Source: Sphingomicrobium sp.
GTDB lineage: Bacteria > Pseudomonadota > Alphaproteobacteria > Sphingomonadales > Sphingomonadaceae
Length of the DNA: 64,000 bases
Direction: 5' to 3'
Assembly (NCBI GenBank): GCA_039915925.1
Contig: JBDSMG010000073.1
Coordinates: forward strand, 14,902 to 78,901
Below the pieces are notes generated by a model, which was given only the letters and a program-made list of their open reading frames with translations, was not told where the DNA came from and ran no database searches. Position numbers and translations under genes: made by a program. Of this stretch, positions 1-9,749 are shown in pieces. The number at the start of each line of letters is the position of its first letter. The stretch's first letter is position 1.

Positions 1-252
1 GACTTCCGCCTTCGGCTCAAGCCCCGCATATTTGCGGAAGTTGTGGAGCAGCCGGTCGGCATCCAGCGACAGCAGATAGGCGCAGTTGGTCTCGACCGCG
101 GTTGCCCAGATCGACGGCTTCAGGCGCACGGAGCCGAGCGGCAGCGGACGCGCCTTTGCGCGATCGCCTGTCGGGTTATTCGCTGCCAGCGGCCGGGCGA
201 ACGCCAGTGCGCTCACCGAGGCCAGGATCGATCGGCGGGTTAGCGGAAGCAT
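1..252 (-). CDS. N-terminal part of a GH127/GH146 (DUF1680-type) beta-L-arabinofuranosidase-like protein, Tat signal; runs off window edge
   Basis: Not in ORF track; translated by hand from ATG at 252: MLPLTRRSILASVSALAFARPLA...AYLLSLDADRLLHNFRKYAGLEPKAEV. Twin-Arg TRRSIL; LLSLDxDRLLHNFR is typical of GH127/146 N-termini. 4 nt downstream of the GH31 stop. Confidence 0.7.
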   Translation of the reverse strand, partial: MLPLTRRSILASVSALAFARPLAANNPTGDRAKARPLPLGSVRLKPSIWATAVETNCAYLLSLDADRLLHNFRKYAGLEPKAEV

Positions 253-256
253 CGGA

Positions 257-3178
257 TCAGCGCATCTTCAGGCTGACCGACTGGCCCGTGTAGACGATGC
301 TCGTGTCGGCCTTGGCGTCGGCCGCGAAGGCGCGCGGCTGACCGGCGCGGTACCAGCGGACGTTGATCCGGCGCTGTGCGGCCATGCCGGGATAGCTGCC
401 CTCGCGCTTGCCGACGACGAGCGTCTTCGTCTGCTCGTCATAAGCGATCGGAATGCGGGAGAAGGCGCCGTTGAGGTACTGGCGGCTGGTGCCGTCGTCC
501 TCGTAGAGCGAGAAGCCTCCGTCGGCGCCGGTGTAGACGTTGAGCGTCAGCGTGCCGTCGGTCTTATCCGCAGTTGATTGCACCGCCGGACCGGTCGGAA
601 CGATGGAGCCAGCGCGGACGAACAGCGGCATGCGTTCATATGGAGCCGCGGCGCTGACTGGCTTGCCGCCCGTCGTCGAGCGGCCGGTATAGAAGTCGTA
701 CCAGCTCGCGCCCGCGGGCAGATAGACGCTTCGGCTACGCGCGCCGAACTGCGTGACTGGAGCGACCAGGAAGGCGGGGCCGAACATATATTCGTCGTCG
801 ACGTTCCAGCCTTTGCGGTCGTCGGCGAAGTCCATCGCCAGACCGCGCATGATGGTGCCGTCCTTGTGGAAGGTGTCACCTCCAAGCGTGTAGATGTAGG
901 GCATCAGGCGGTAGCGGAGCTTGTCGTAATATTCCATCGACCGGCGCATCGGCGAACCGGCCGGAGCGATCTCGTAGATCTCGCGCTTGGGAGTCTCGCC
1001 GTGGCTTCGGAACAAGGGCGAGAAGGCTCCGAATTGGAACCAGCGCAGGTTGAGCTCGCGCCATTCGGCGACGTGCTTGATTTCCTGCTTCGTGTAGCGG
1101 TCCTCGAGCGCGAAGCCGCCGATGTCGGTCGTCCAGTTGGGAATGCCCGACATCGAGAAGTTAACGCCCGCGGAGATCTGATCGCGGAGATTTTCCCAAC
1201 GGGAGGCGACGTCACCCGACCAGATGGCGGCGCTGTCACGCTGAATGCCGGCGAACGCCGAGCGGGTCAGGATGAACGGGCGGACGTCGGGTTTGTATTC
1301 GACCAGATGCTTGGCGAAATTGTCGACATGCACCAACGGGAAGGTGTTGAAATATTGCGCGGCCGGGCCGGCATAGGTCGGGCCCATGCGCTGGATGCGC
1401 TCCTCGATCGACAGGTTGGAGTGGAAGTCCGGCTCGTCGGAATCGAGCCACCAAGCGTCGAATCCCTTGTTCGCAAGGCCGTCGCGGACCTGCCGCCAGA
1501 AGATGTCGCGAGCGCGCGGGTTGTAGGGATCGTAGAAGGCGTTCGCGTAGCCCCGGCCGACCCAGTCCCGGTAGTTCGCGTGGACCCACTTTTCGTCGGT
1601 CGGTGCGCCGGGAGGCGGCGTGTCCATGCCCTTGAGGATACCGCCGACGGCGTCCAGTTCCTTGTAATTGGCGGTGTTCGGATAGAATTTCGCCCACACC
1701 GAAATCATGATCCGCGCATTGTCGGCGTGGACCTTGTCGACCATCGCCTGCGCGTTGGGGAAGCGCTTGGTGTCGAAGCACTGGCAACCCCACTGGTCCT
1801 CCGGCCAGTAGAACCAGTCTTGCACGATATTGTCGAGCGGGAGCTTCAGCTTGCGGTATTGCTCAACGACGCCGGTGACTTCGTCCTGCGTGTTGTAGCG
1901 CTGGCGGCTCTGCCAGAAACCGTAAGCCCATTTCGGCATCATCGCCGACTTGCCGGTCAGCTGGCGGTAGCCGGAGATGACGCCGTCGAGATTGCCGGCG
2001 CCGACGTAATAATAGTCGACCGCCTTGCCGACGTCGGACGCGAAGCTGATCGAGTGGCGGTCGGGCTCCGGGAGCGGGTCGTTCTGGACCAAGGCGATGT
2101 AGCCGGCGTTCGGTTCCCATTCGATGCGGATGTCGGCGGGCTTTCCGGCGGTCATCGGCACGTCGAAATTATGATACCAGGGGTTCCAGTTCTGGCGCCA
2201 TTTCTCGAGCACTTCCTTGCCGTCGACGAACAGCTTCGCGTAGCTCGACGAATAGAGCCGGAAGCGGTTGAGGCCGGTGACGCCGGGAGTCACCCGGCCG
2301 GTCCAGACGACGCGCTGGGTCTGCACGGCATTGCCGGCGGTGTTCTGGCCCGAGGTCGCAGCGACGGTCTGCGCCTTGGCCTCGACCGGCCATTTCAGCT
2401 GGTCGCGGATATATTGATAATTGACGGTCGGCTCGTTGCGGCGGACCGCGAGCCGCGTGCCGAGATAGTAGCTGGCGGTCCAGCCCGGATGACCGGTCTC
2501 GTCGGTGACAGTCATACTGGTCTTGCCTTCGCCGACCAGGCTGTACGGCTTTGGATTGCCGAAGCGGGTAATCGAATAATTGTCCCACAGGATGCCGTAG
2601 TTGCGAGTCGACACCAGGAACGGGACGGCCACGTCCATATTGTGCTGGGCGAGTTCGACGTCTTCGCCGTTATAATTCATCTGCGCGTTCTGGTGCTGGC
2701 CGAGGCCGAACAGGCCTTCGTCGGTGCCGCGGTTGAACTGCTGGCGGGTGGCGAAGAAGTTCTTCCCATCGATGGTGACGGGGGCGAAGCTTGCGGGGCC
2801 GGCCTCTTCGAGGTCGATCTGTCCGGTCGCATCGGAGAAGCGGACATTGCCGTCGTCCAGCCGCACGGCCGCCGTCACCGTCCCGGTGGAAAGCAGTACC
2901 TCGCCCGGGCGTTCGGTGACGGTGAAGCCGGCCTTGAGTGGATTGGCGGTCACGACGAGGCTCGGCGTCGGGTCGAACTGCCCACCGGGAATCGAGGTCA
3001 CGCGGATGATCCGGTCGCCATAAACCTGCAGCCGAACAGCCTTTTCAGGGCCATGATCGGGAGTGACGATGATTCCTGTGTCGATCTTGCGGTAGCTGCC
3101 GGCGGCAAGTGCGGCGCTGCTGGTGCCGAGCAACAAGGCGGCGGCGAGGAATCGTGCGGCGGGCATGGAACGGGTCAC
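257..3178 (-). CDS. GH31 alpha-xylosidase with PA14 insertion, signal peptide
   Basis: 973 aa; WGLGQHQ-like N-terminal motif, IVQDWFYW, nucleophile motif WWLDSDEPD, WSGDV, WFQFGAFSPLFRSHG; PA14-like insert ~aa 230-365; architecture like Cellvibrio Xyl31A. GGGAGAG RBS before GTG. Confidence 0.88.
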   Translation of the reverse strand: MTRSMPAARFLAAALLLGTSSAALAAGSYRKIDTGIIVTPDHGPEKAVRLQVYGDRIIRVTSIPGGQFDPTPSLVVTANPLKAGFTVTERPGEVLLSTGTVTAAVRLDDGNVRFSDATGQIDLEEAGPASFAPVTIDGKNFFATRQQFNRGTDEGLFGLGQHQNAQMNYNGEDVELAQHNMDVAVPFLVSTRNYGILWDNYSITRFGNPKPYSLVGEGKTSMTVTDETGHPGWTASYYLGTRLAVRRNEPTVNYQYIRDQLKWPVEAKAQTVAATSGQNTAGNAVQTQRVVWTGRVTPGVTGLNRFRLYSSSYAKLFVDGKEVLEKWRQNWNPWYHNFDVPMTAGKPADIRIEWEPNAGYIALVQNDPLPEPDRHSISFASDVGKAVDYYYVGAGNLDGVISGYRQLTGKSAMMPKWAYGFWQSRQRYNTQDEVTGVVEQYRKLKLPLDNIVQDWFYWPEDQWGCQCFDTKRFPNAQAMVDKVHADNARIMISVWAKFYPNTANYKELDAVGGILKGMDTPPPGAPTDEKWVHANYRDWVGRGYANAFYDPYNPRARDIFWRQVRDGLANKGFDAWWLDSDEPDFHSNLSIEERIQRMGPTYAGPAAQYFNTFPLVHVDNFAKHLVEYKPDVRPFILTRSAFAGIQRDSAAIWSGDVASRWENLRDQISAGVNFSMSGIPNWTTDIGGFALEDRYTKQEIKHVAEWRELNLRWFQFGAFSPLFRSHGETPKREIYEIAPAGSPMRRSMEYYDKLRYRLMPYIYTLGGDTFHKDGTIMRGLAMDFADDRKGWNVDDEYMFGPAFLVAPVTQFGARSRSVYLPAGASWYDFYTGRSTTGGKPVSAAAPYERMPLFVRAGSIVPTGPAVQSTADKTDGTLTLNVYTGADGGFSLYEDDGTSRQYLNGAFSRIPIAYDEQTKTLVVGKREGSYPGMAAQRRINVRWYRAGQPRAFAADAKADTSIVYTGQSVSLKMR

Positions 3179-3198
3179 CTGTCTCTCCCTGGTATATG

Positions 3199-4803
3199 CT
3201 AGCGGTATGTGCCTAGCCGGACCTTGAGCAAGGTCGGCTGCGTCAAATTCAATCCGTAGTCGGTCTGGTCGCCGTTCCAGCGCCGGCTCATCACCCAGCG
3301 GCCGTCCCGGAAGCTGCCTTCCTCGACGTTGAGGAATTGCACATTTTCATTGGCGCCCGGCTTGTCGAGGCCGAAGCGCACCCGGACGTGGTCGCCGACG
3401 AGCAGGAATTCATCCGGGCCAAGCTGGATCGCGGCGGCGCCGCCGACCGGCTGATCCTTCCACGGCGGAGGCGGCGTGTCCTTCGGAAGCCATCGGGACT
3501 CGCCGAACTGCCAGCCGCCAAATTGCGTGGTCAGCTTCCACCGCCCGAGCACTCCGCTGCGGTCGGCTCCGTCGTTGGGCTTGGCGGCGCCCCAGGTCGG
3601 ATGTTCGAATGCCAGCCTGGCCCAGTCGCGGGCGATCGGGCGGAGCAGCCGGTACTTGGAGGCAAAGGTCTCGATCACCTCGTCGGTGAGAACCGGCGCA
3701 CCCAATGGGAAATTGCCATAATCGAACGCGTCCATTCCAAACGGCGAGAAGCCGAATGCGCCCTTCCCGAGCACTAGCCAAAGGAAGCGGGCGTGGTCCT
3801 TGTCGTTGCCGGTTTCCGGCACGAACAATGCATTGTCGGGCCGCGCATAATGGTCGAGGTAGGCCGCATAGTCCTTCTCCTGGCGGCTGTAGATGTCCGG
3901 GGCCTCGGCGGTGATGTGCGGAGCGCCGATTTTCCAGATGTCGATCACCGGCCAGTCCGGGCCGCCATTGCCTTCGCCGGTGTCGGCGAAGGCGCCGCCA
4001 AGCGCCGCATTGACGTACATCGGCAGGTTGAGGACCGACTGGCCAGCAGCCGCGATCTCGTCGACGTAGCGGGAAATATACCAGGCCGTGAATGCGCGGT
4101 TGGCGCCCTTGCCGAAGGCCTGGGTCCAGGTTCCACGCTTGCCCAGGCGGCGCGCAAGCTCGGTCGGGACCGGTCCAGCGAACAGGCGGTTGGCTTCGGG
4201 TGAGAAATCGCGCGGGCTGTCGTAGGTCCCGGTCTCATTTTCCGGCTGGACCATGATGATCGTGTGCTGCGGATCGATGTCGCGAATGTGCGTCATCAAC
4301 GCGATGAAGGCGCGCTTGTCCGCCTCCAGCGTCGAGCGGGAGAGGGGGGACAGCACGTAATGCGTCTTGCCCTCCTTGGTCATCATCCGCGGGAAGCGCC
4401 TGGTGTCGCCCTTGACCCACTGCGGTGTGTAGCCCGGGTTGGTGTTCTTGGAGGTTCCGAACCACAGAAGCACCAGCCGCACGTCATTCTGCCGCGCCTG
4501 TTGAACGAGCGTGTCGAGGAAGGAGAAATCGAACTTGCCCTCGACAGGCTCGATCTGTTCCCAGGCCATCGGCACTTCGACGGTGTTGGCGCCAAGCTTC
4601 TTGATGACCGGCCAGACCATCGGAAGCGCGCCGGGATAATTACTCGAATTATGGACCTGCCCGCCGAGCATCAGGTAGGGGGCGCCATCGACGAGCAAGG
4701 CGTGGCGGCCGTCCTTCGAGACCACGCGGGGAAGTTCGGCAGCAAAGCTGGTCGTGGATATGGCAAGCGCGGCCAACCCGGCCATCAGCCCCTTCAAGCG
4801 CAT
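3199..4803 (-). CDS. GH35 beta-galactosidase (DUF5597-type C-terminus), signal peptide
   Basis: 534 aa; HNSS, WEQIEPVEGKFDF, acid/base MVQPENE, nucleophile FVPETG, C-terminal RRWNGDQT. Confidence 0.85.
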   Translation of the reverse strand: MRLKGLMAGLAALAISTTSFAAELPRVVSKDGRHALLVDGAPYLMLGGQVHNSSNYPGALPMVWPVIKKLGANTVEVPMAWEQIEPVEGKFDFSFLDTLVQQARQNDVRLVLLWFGTSKNTNPGYTPQWVKGDTRRFPRMMTKEGKTHYVLSPLSRSTLEADKRAFIALMTHIRDIDPQHTIIMVQPENETGTYDSPRDFSPEANRLFAGPVPTELARRLGKRGTWTQAFGKGANRAFTAWYISRYVDEIAAAGQSVLNLPMYVNAALGGAFADTGEGNGGPDWPVIDIWKIGAPHITAEAPDIYSRQEKDYAAYLDHYARPDNALFVPETGNDKDHARFLWLVLGKGAFGFSPFGMDAFDYGNFPLGAPVLTDEVIETFASKYRLLRPIARDWARLAFEHPTWGAAKPNDGADRSGVLGRWKLTTQFGGWQFGESRWLPKDTPPPPWKDQPVGGAAAIQLGPDEFLLVGDHVRVRFGLDKPGANENVQFLNVEEGSFRDGRWVMSRRWNGDQTDYGLNLTQPTLLKVRLGTYR

Positions 4804-4872
4804 CCTCGTCCCCGTTCTTGTCTTACTATTGAAAACTGCTTTCGCCGCTCCCCGGCCCTAACGCAAGGGGGG

Positions 4873-7086
4873 TCAGGGTTTCGGGTCGCCGTAGAGGATG
4901 CCACGGCCGTCGGTAGCAATGTAGACGCGCCCGAAGGTCTTGGGATCGCCGATGACGGCGCGGAAACGCAGGCCCCACTGGTGGGCATCGTCGTTGATGC
5001 GGGCCCAAGACTTGCCGCCGTCGAGCGAACGGTAAATGCCGGGCAGGCCACGCTTTTCGCCGGCCGCGTAGAGTGCAGGGGCCGATGCTCCCGGCGCCGC
5101 CTTGCCGAGCCCGAACAGTTCGATTCCGAGATCGTCGGGGCTGGCGAGGGAAAAACTATTGCCCGCGTCGGTGCTGCGATAGAGCCGGTGGCCACTCAGG
5201 AACCAGATTTGGCCGCGTGAGCCGGGCGTTGCGACCAGCGCGGGTTGGGCCTCACGGTCCTTGCGGCCGACCCGTTCAAAGGTCTTGGGAAGACCGGTCG
5301 CCGCCGCCGGTGCGAAATTATGTCCGCCGTCGCGGCTGACGAGGATCTGGTCGATCTCATAGTCGACCGCGTAGAAGAGGTTGGGATCGACCTTGTCGGC
5401 GATGGCGCGAGCACCATCGAGACCTTCGGCGGGCTGCCAACTCTTTCCGCGGTCGCGGGTCGTGACGACGATCGGCGTGGAGACGATGAACGTGCTGCCG
5501 TCGGCGGAGACATTGATCGGAGCATCCCCGGTCGTGTCATAGCGTTGCACCGGCCCGCCCGTGACGCCCATCGGCGGCACGCGCAGCGGCTGCCAGTGAT
5601 GCCCGCCGTCGTCCGACCATGCCAAGGTCGTTTCATTCGGTGCGCGCGACTGGATCGACCCGCTGCGCACGACGATGTTCGGAGCGAGCCCGGCATAATC
5701 GAGATTGTTGGTGTTCGGCAGGCGTGGGTTGACGTGCATGGACTCGGGCGAGACGTCGAGGCGATCGTGCACGAAGCCGGAGACGTCGCCGAAGCCCGAG
5801 ATCAGCGGAGCACCGCCGGTCGGGCTGGTGATGGTGATGACCGCGGTCTGCTCGATGCCTTTTACCCAGGGCGTCCAAATGAGCTTTCCCTTATTCGCGG
5901 CGCGGGATTGATAGACGGTCGCGCCGGTTGCGTAGCTCAGGGTGTTGCCGTCGAACGGGTCGAAGGCCAGCGCCGCGAGCCAGTGGCCGAACTCGGCTTC
6001 CTTGTTGCCGAACGCCAGGTACGGCGAGATGCGGATGTCGCGCTCGCTGCGTTCGCGCAGGCTGGTCCAGTGCGCGCCATAGTCGTTGCTGAGCCAGATG
6101 GTGTCGCCGGGATACCAGCGATTCATCGTTGCAACGGCAAGACGTCCCGGGCGCGTGCGGTCGACCGTGATGCCCATATAGCCGTTCTGCGCGCCGGCAG
6201 GCTCCTTGGGCGTGATGTTGGTCCAGCGGTCGCTCGCGGTTTCAAGCCGCCAGACCGATCCGCCTTTCACCTGGTTCGGCCCGATCGACGTGGAGTAAGC
6301 GATGAAGAGATTGCCGCCGACGTCGAGGGCGGCCTTGGCCGGAAGCATGTCGGCGGATGGCTCGCCCGGCACAGCTGTCCAGCTCTCCCCGCCGTCGCGA
6401 GAGCGGTAGAGGTGATGGTCGGACGGGTCGGCGAGGCCCACGTAAATCGTGCTGGGGTTCGGGCCGGACTTCGGATCGAATAGCACAAAGCTGAGGCCGG
6501 CATGCTTGACCCGCCAATTCGGCGGAGCACCCAGCCCCTTGTGCGGAAAACTTTCGACCTTGCGCCATGTCGCGCCGCTGTCGTCGCTGCGCTGCAGGCC
6601 ATCGTGGCGGGAACCGAACAGCACGGTCGATGTGCGGTCGGGATCGACGGCGAGCCGTTCGCCGAGACCGCGTCCATCCTCGTTGCCGCCCATCTTGAAC
6701 GGCACCGGGGTGATCTGCCAGGTCGTGCCGCGGTCGGTGCTGCGCAGGATCGCGGACTCGCCTCCATAATACATGCCGGCGGCGACATAGACTTTGTTCG
6801 GGTCCTTGGGATCGGGCGCGATGCTTTCGATGCCCAAGTAACTGCCGATCCGCATGCCGTCCTGCAGCGGGATCCAGTTCTTCGCGCGCTCGTCCCAGCG
6901 GTACGCGCCGCCCATGTCGGTGCGCAGATATGCCAGGCCTTTTTCGACGGGACTGTAGACGATGTTGGGAGCGAAGCCGCCGGCGCCGACTGTAACGCTG
7001 TGCCACTGGTAGGGCGCGTTCTGGGCAGCCACCGAAACTGTCGCGGTGAGAGAACAGGCCACCGCCAACGCAAACCTGAGAATCAA
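4873..7086 (-). CDS. GH74 xyloglucanase-like double beta-propeller, signal peptide
   Basis: RTDMGGAYRWD and GFGDVSGF catalytic Asp motifs, GGNEDGRGLGERL, many S-x-D-x-G-x-x-W (BNR) repeats. Start moved to TTG 7086 (GGGAG 8 nt upstream); ORF track starts at 7110. Confidence 0.88.
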   Translation of the reverse strand: MILRFALAVACSLTATVSVAAQNAPYQWHSVTVGAGGFAPNIVYSPVEKGLAYLRTDMGGAYRWDERAKNWIPLQDGMRIGSYLGIESIAPDPKDPNKVYVAAGMYYGGESAILRSTDRGTTWQITPVPFKMGGNEDGRGLGERLAVDPDRTSTVLFGSRHDGLQRSDDSGATWRKVESFPHKGLGAPPNWRVKHAGLSFVLFDPKSGPNPSTIYVGLADPSDHHLYRSRDGGESWTAVPGEPSADMLPAKAALDVGGNLFIAYSTSIGPNQVKGGSVWRLETASDRWTNITPKEPAGAQNGYMGITVDRTRPGRLAVATMNRWYPGDTIWLSNDYGAHWTSLRERSERDIRISPYLAFGNKEAEFGHWLAALAFDPFDGNTLSYATGATVYQSRAANKGKLIWTPWVKGIEQTAVITITSPTGGAPLISGFGDVSGFVHDRLDVSPESMHVNPRLPNTNNLDYAGLAPNIVVRSGSIQSRAPNETTLAWSDDGGHHWQPLRVPPMGVTGGPVQRYDTTGDAPINVSADGSTFIVSTPIVVTTRDRGKSWQPAEGLDGARAIADKVDPNLFYAVDYEIDQILVSRDGGHNFAPAAATGLPKTFERVGRKDREAQPALVATPGSRGQIWFLSGHRLYRSTDAGNSFSLASPDDLGIELFGLGKAAPGASAPALYAAGEKRGLPGIYRSLDGGKSWARINDDAHQWGLRFRAVIGDPKTFGRVYIATDGRGILYGDPKP

Positions 7087-7111
7087 AACCGTATCTCCCG
7101 AGCAACGCACA

Positions 7112-7125
7112 TGTTAGCGCGTTCA
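7112..7125. promoter_or_regulatory. Degenerate LacI-family operator TGTTAGCGCGTTCA
   Basis: One perfect half-site (TGTTAGC) in the short divergent GH74/GH27 intergenic region; resembles seven better sites elsewhere. Confidence 0.55.
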
Positions 7126-7154
7126 TAAAGTCAGACAAGACGAGGGAGAGAATC

Positions 7155-8369
7155 GTGGAGGGTAAATCGATCTTGATGGCCGCGGCGTGCCTATTCGCTG
7201 CGCAGAATGCATGGGCCGGTGACACCACGCAGCAGGTGGTGAACAAGGCTCCGAACGGTTTGGCACAGACTCCACCGATGGGCTGGAACAGCTGGAACAA
7301 GTTCGCGTGCAACATCACCGAACAAACGCTTCGCGCGACGGCGGATGCGATGGTGTCGAGCGGCATGAAGGACGCCGGTTACGAATTCCTCGTCGTCGAC
7401 GATTGCTGGCACGGCCCGCGCGATGCCAACGGCTTCATCACCGCCGATCCGCTCAAATTCCCGTCGGGGATCAAGGTGATTGCCGATTATGTGCATTCGA
7501 AGGGACTGAAGTTCGGCATCTACTCCGACGCCGGGCGGCAGACCTGCGGGGGACGTCCGGGCAGCCAGGGCCACGAATATCAGGACGCGCTGACCTATGC
7601 GCGGTGGGGCGTCGATTATCTGAAGTATGACTGGTGCGACACGGGCTCGCGCAATGCCGAAGAGGCCTATGCCGTAATGTCGGATGCGCTGCGCTCGACC
7701 GGGCGGCCGATCGTCTTCTCGCTGTGCGAATGGGGCAACAACAAGCCGTGGCTGTGGGCGCGCAATACCGGCAATCTGTGGCGCACGACCGGCGACATCT
7801 GGGACAGTTTCAACAAGCAGGACGACAAGCACAGCTGGGCCAATCCGATGTTGAAGATCGTCGATCTCAACGAGCCGCTCTGGCCGTTTGCGGGACCGGG
7901 TCACTGGAACGACCCCGACATGCTGGAGATCGGTAATGGCGGGATGACTCCAGCCGAGTATCGCGCGCACTTCTCGCTGTGGGCGATCATGGCGGCGCCG
8001 CTGATGGCCGGCAACGACATTGCCAACATGGACGAGAGCACGCGCTCGATCTTGCTCAACAAGGACGTGATCGCGGTCGATCAGGATAAGCTGGGCGTTC
8101 AGGGCCGCCGCGTCGTCAAGGACGGCGACAAGGAGGTCTGGGTAAAGCCGCTCGCGAGCGGCGAATGGGCGGTGCTTCTGTTCAACCGCGGGGAGGCACC
8201 GGTCACGATCGAAGCGACGACGGAGCAGATCGGCATGTCACCCATCGTCGCGGGCCTACGTCCGCGAGTTCGCGATCTGTGGAAACACAAAGATCTCGGT
8301 CCTTGGAAATTAGGCCTGTCCGCGAACGTCGCTCCACACGACGTCGCGATGTTCCGGATCGGTCGCTAA
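7155..8369 (+). CDS. GH27 alpha-galactosidase, signal peptide
   Basis: PPMGWNSWN, VVDDCW, VDYLKYDWC, WRTTGDI, WNDPDMLEIGNG, HFSLWAIMAAPL; RBS GAGGGAG before GTG. Confidence 0.92.
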   Translation: MEGKSILMAAACLFAAQNAWAGDTTQQVVNKAPNGLAQTPPMGWNSWNKFACNITEQTLRATADAMVSSGMKDAGYEFLVVDDCWHGPRDANGFITADPLKFPSGIKVIADYVHSKGLKFGIYSDAGRQTCGGRPGSQGHEYQDALTYARWGVDYLKYDWCDTGSRNAEEAYAVMSDALRSTGRPIVFSLCEWGNNKPWLWARNTGNLWRTTGDIWDSFNKQDDKHSWANPMLKIVDLNEPLWPFAGPGHWNDPDMLEIGNGGMTPAEYRAHFSLWAIMAAPLMAGNDIANMDESTRSILLNKDVIAVDQDKLGVQGRRVVKDGDKEVWVKPLASGEWAVLLFNRGEAPVTIEATTEQIGMSPIVAGLRPRVRDLWKHKDLGPWKLGLSANVAPHDVAMFRIGR

Positions 8370-8380
8370 GGCGCCAAAGG

Positions 8381-9724
8381 CTAGGCGGCGGTGGCTCCTA
8401 CCGCCGCCGCATGGGCCCGGACGATTGCCTGGGTCGACGCATCACTGTCGAACACGCCGTACCAGCCTTGCGGCTCATGCGGCGGGTCGGCGACGTAGCT
8501 GGTGTCGCCGCGGACGAAATGGAAGTCGGGATGCTGCGCGCGGCCTTCCCCGCTCCAGCCCCAGAAGTTCGAGCCCTGGAGCGGACCGCCTGAGCGGACG
8601 CTGTTTTCGACGGCGTCGTAGATCGCGCGGTAGTAGAGGTCCTTGTAGGTCGTTTGCGCGGCGGGGTCGAAGCTCCCGCCCTCGCGGCCAAGACCGAATT
8701 CCTCAATCACAAGCGGCTTGTTCAGCGACTGCGCGATGGTGACGTGCTGGGCGATGTAATCGCGGACCTTGGTCTGCGCAGCAGGCCATGTTCCGGCAAG
8801 ATCGTCGGCCTTCACCCAGCTCCAATTCTGCGGCCAAATGTGCGCGGTCAGATAGTCGATGTCCAGGCCGCTATGTTCGTGCGTGACGCAGTCGGCATTG
8901 CCGCCGCAGCCCATCGTGCCTTCGCTGCCGGTTGACACCAGATGGTTGGGGTCGAGCGACTTGATGAGGCGCGCGGTCGAATTCACCCAGGCAAGGAACG
9001 CGGGCATCATCTGCGCGATCTTCGCATCGCTTCCCGCCGGGCGCGGCTCGTTGGCGAGCTGCCAGCTCATGATCGCCGGATCATCGACGTAGAGTTTGCC
9101 AGTGACGGTGTTGCGGCGGGTGACCACGGCGCGGACATAGTCATGGTACATGCGGACCGCGGACGCATTGGCGTAAAAGCCCGAGTTGTAGTCCGGGAAC
9201 TCCGGCCAGGGATGGGCCGGGTCGTTCATGTTGATATAATTGCCGCCGTTGTTCCAGAAGAGATAGGTCATCATCCCGCCCGACCATTCCCAGAAGTTGG
9301 TCAGGTAGATGACGGCCTTCATGTTGCGGCTGCCGAGCTCGGCAAGCGCATGGTCGAGGCCGCGGAGGAGCGTTTCGTTATAGTTGGAGCTCCGGTCGCG
9401 GAAGCCCGGAGTAACACTGTTCTTGAGCGGCGACAGTTCGGCCGATCCGGCAATGCGGACATTGTTGACGCCAAGCGCGGTCAGCCGGTCGAACTCGCGG
9501 CCCAGCCGCGCGCGGTCGCCGATCGGAGCGTCGGCGCCGAGGAAGGCCGCGTACCACATGTTCGTGCCGGCATAATGATAGGGCCGGCCGCCGATGCGGA
9601 ACTGCGTGCCTTCCCGCCGGACGAAGCCGAGCGGGGAAGGGGTGGCTCCGGGAACGACGCCCGGAGCCGCGCAGGCCCCGAGCAAAGCCGATCCGCCTGC
9701 AATTACGCCGCGGCGTGTGAACAT
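8381..9724 (-). CDS. GH5 (subfamily 7-like) beta-mannanase/mannosidase, Tat lipoprotein
   Basis: MFTRRGVIAGGSALLGAC; YAGTNMWY, NFWEWSGG, WQLANEPR (acid/base), HIWPQNW, LVIEEFG (nucleophile). Confidence 0.87.
   Translation of the reverse strand: MFTRRGVIAGGSALLGACAAPGVVPGATPSPLGFVRREGTQFRIGGRPYHYAGTNMWYAAFLGADAPIGDRARLGREFDRLTALGVNNVRIAGSAELSPLKNSVTPGFRDRSSNYNETLLRGLDHALAELGSRNMKAVIYLTNFWEWSGGMMTYLFWNNGGNYINMNDPAHPWPEFPDYNSGFYANASAVRMYHDYVRAVVTRRNTVTGKLYVDDPAIMSWQLANEPRPAGSDAKIAQMMPAFLAWVNSTARLIKSLDPNHLVSTGSEGTMGCGGNADCVTHEHSGLDIDYLTAHIWPQNWSWVKADDLAGTWPAAQTKVRDYIAQHVTIAQSLNKPLVIEEFGLGREGGSFDPAAQTTYKDLYYRAIYDAVENSVRSGGPLQGSNFWGWSGEGRAQHPDFHFVRGDTSYVADPPHEPQGWYGVFDSDASTQAIVRAHAAAVGATAA
8384..8408. 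terminator. GC-rich hairpin at the convergent GH27/GH5 junction
   Basis: GGCGGCGGT-ggctcct-ACCGCCGCC, 9 bp stem overlapping the last mannanase codons; no U-tract. Confidence 0.3.
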
Positions 9725-9749
9725 GTTTCTCTCCCCAAGATTCAGTAGC

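Noticed and set aside
578-3202. 874-aa plus-strand ORF and many other long antisense or alternate-frame ORFs (e.g. 9594-10982, 36734-38212, 53754-55253)
   Set aside because: They shadow well-supported genes on the opposite strand, have no family motifs and are expected in high-GC DNA with few stop codons.
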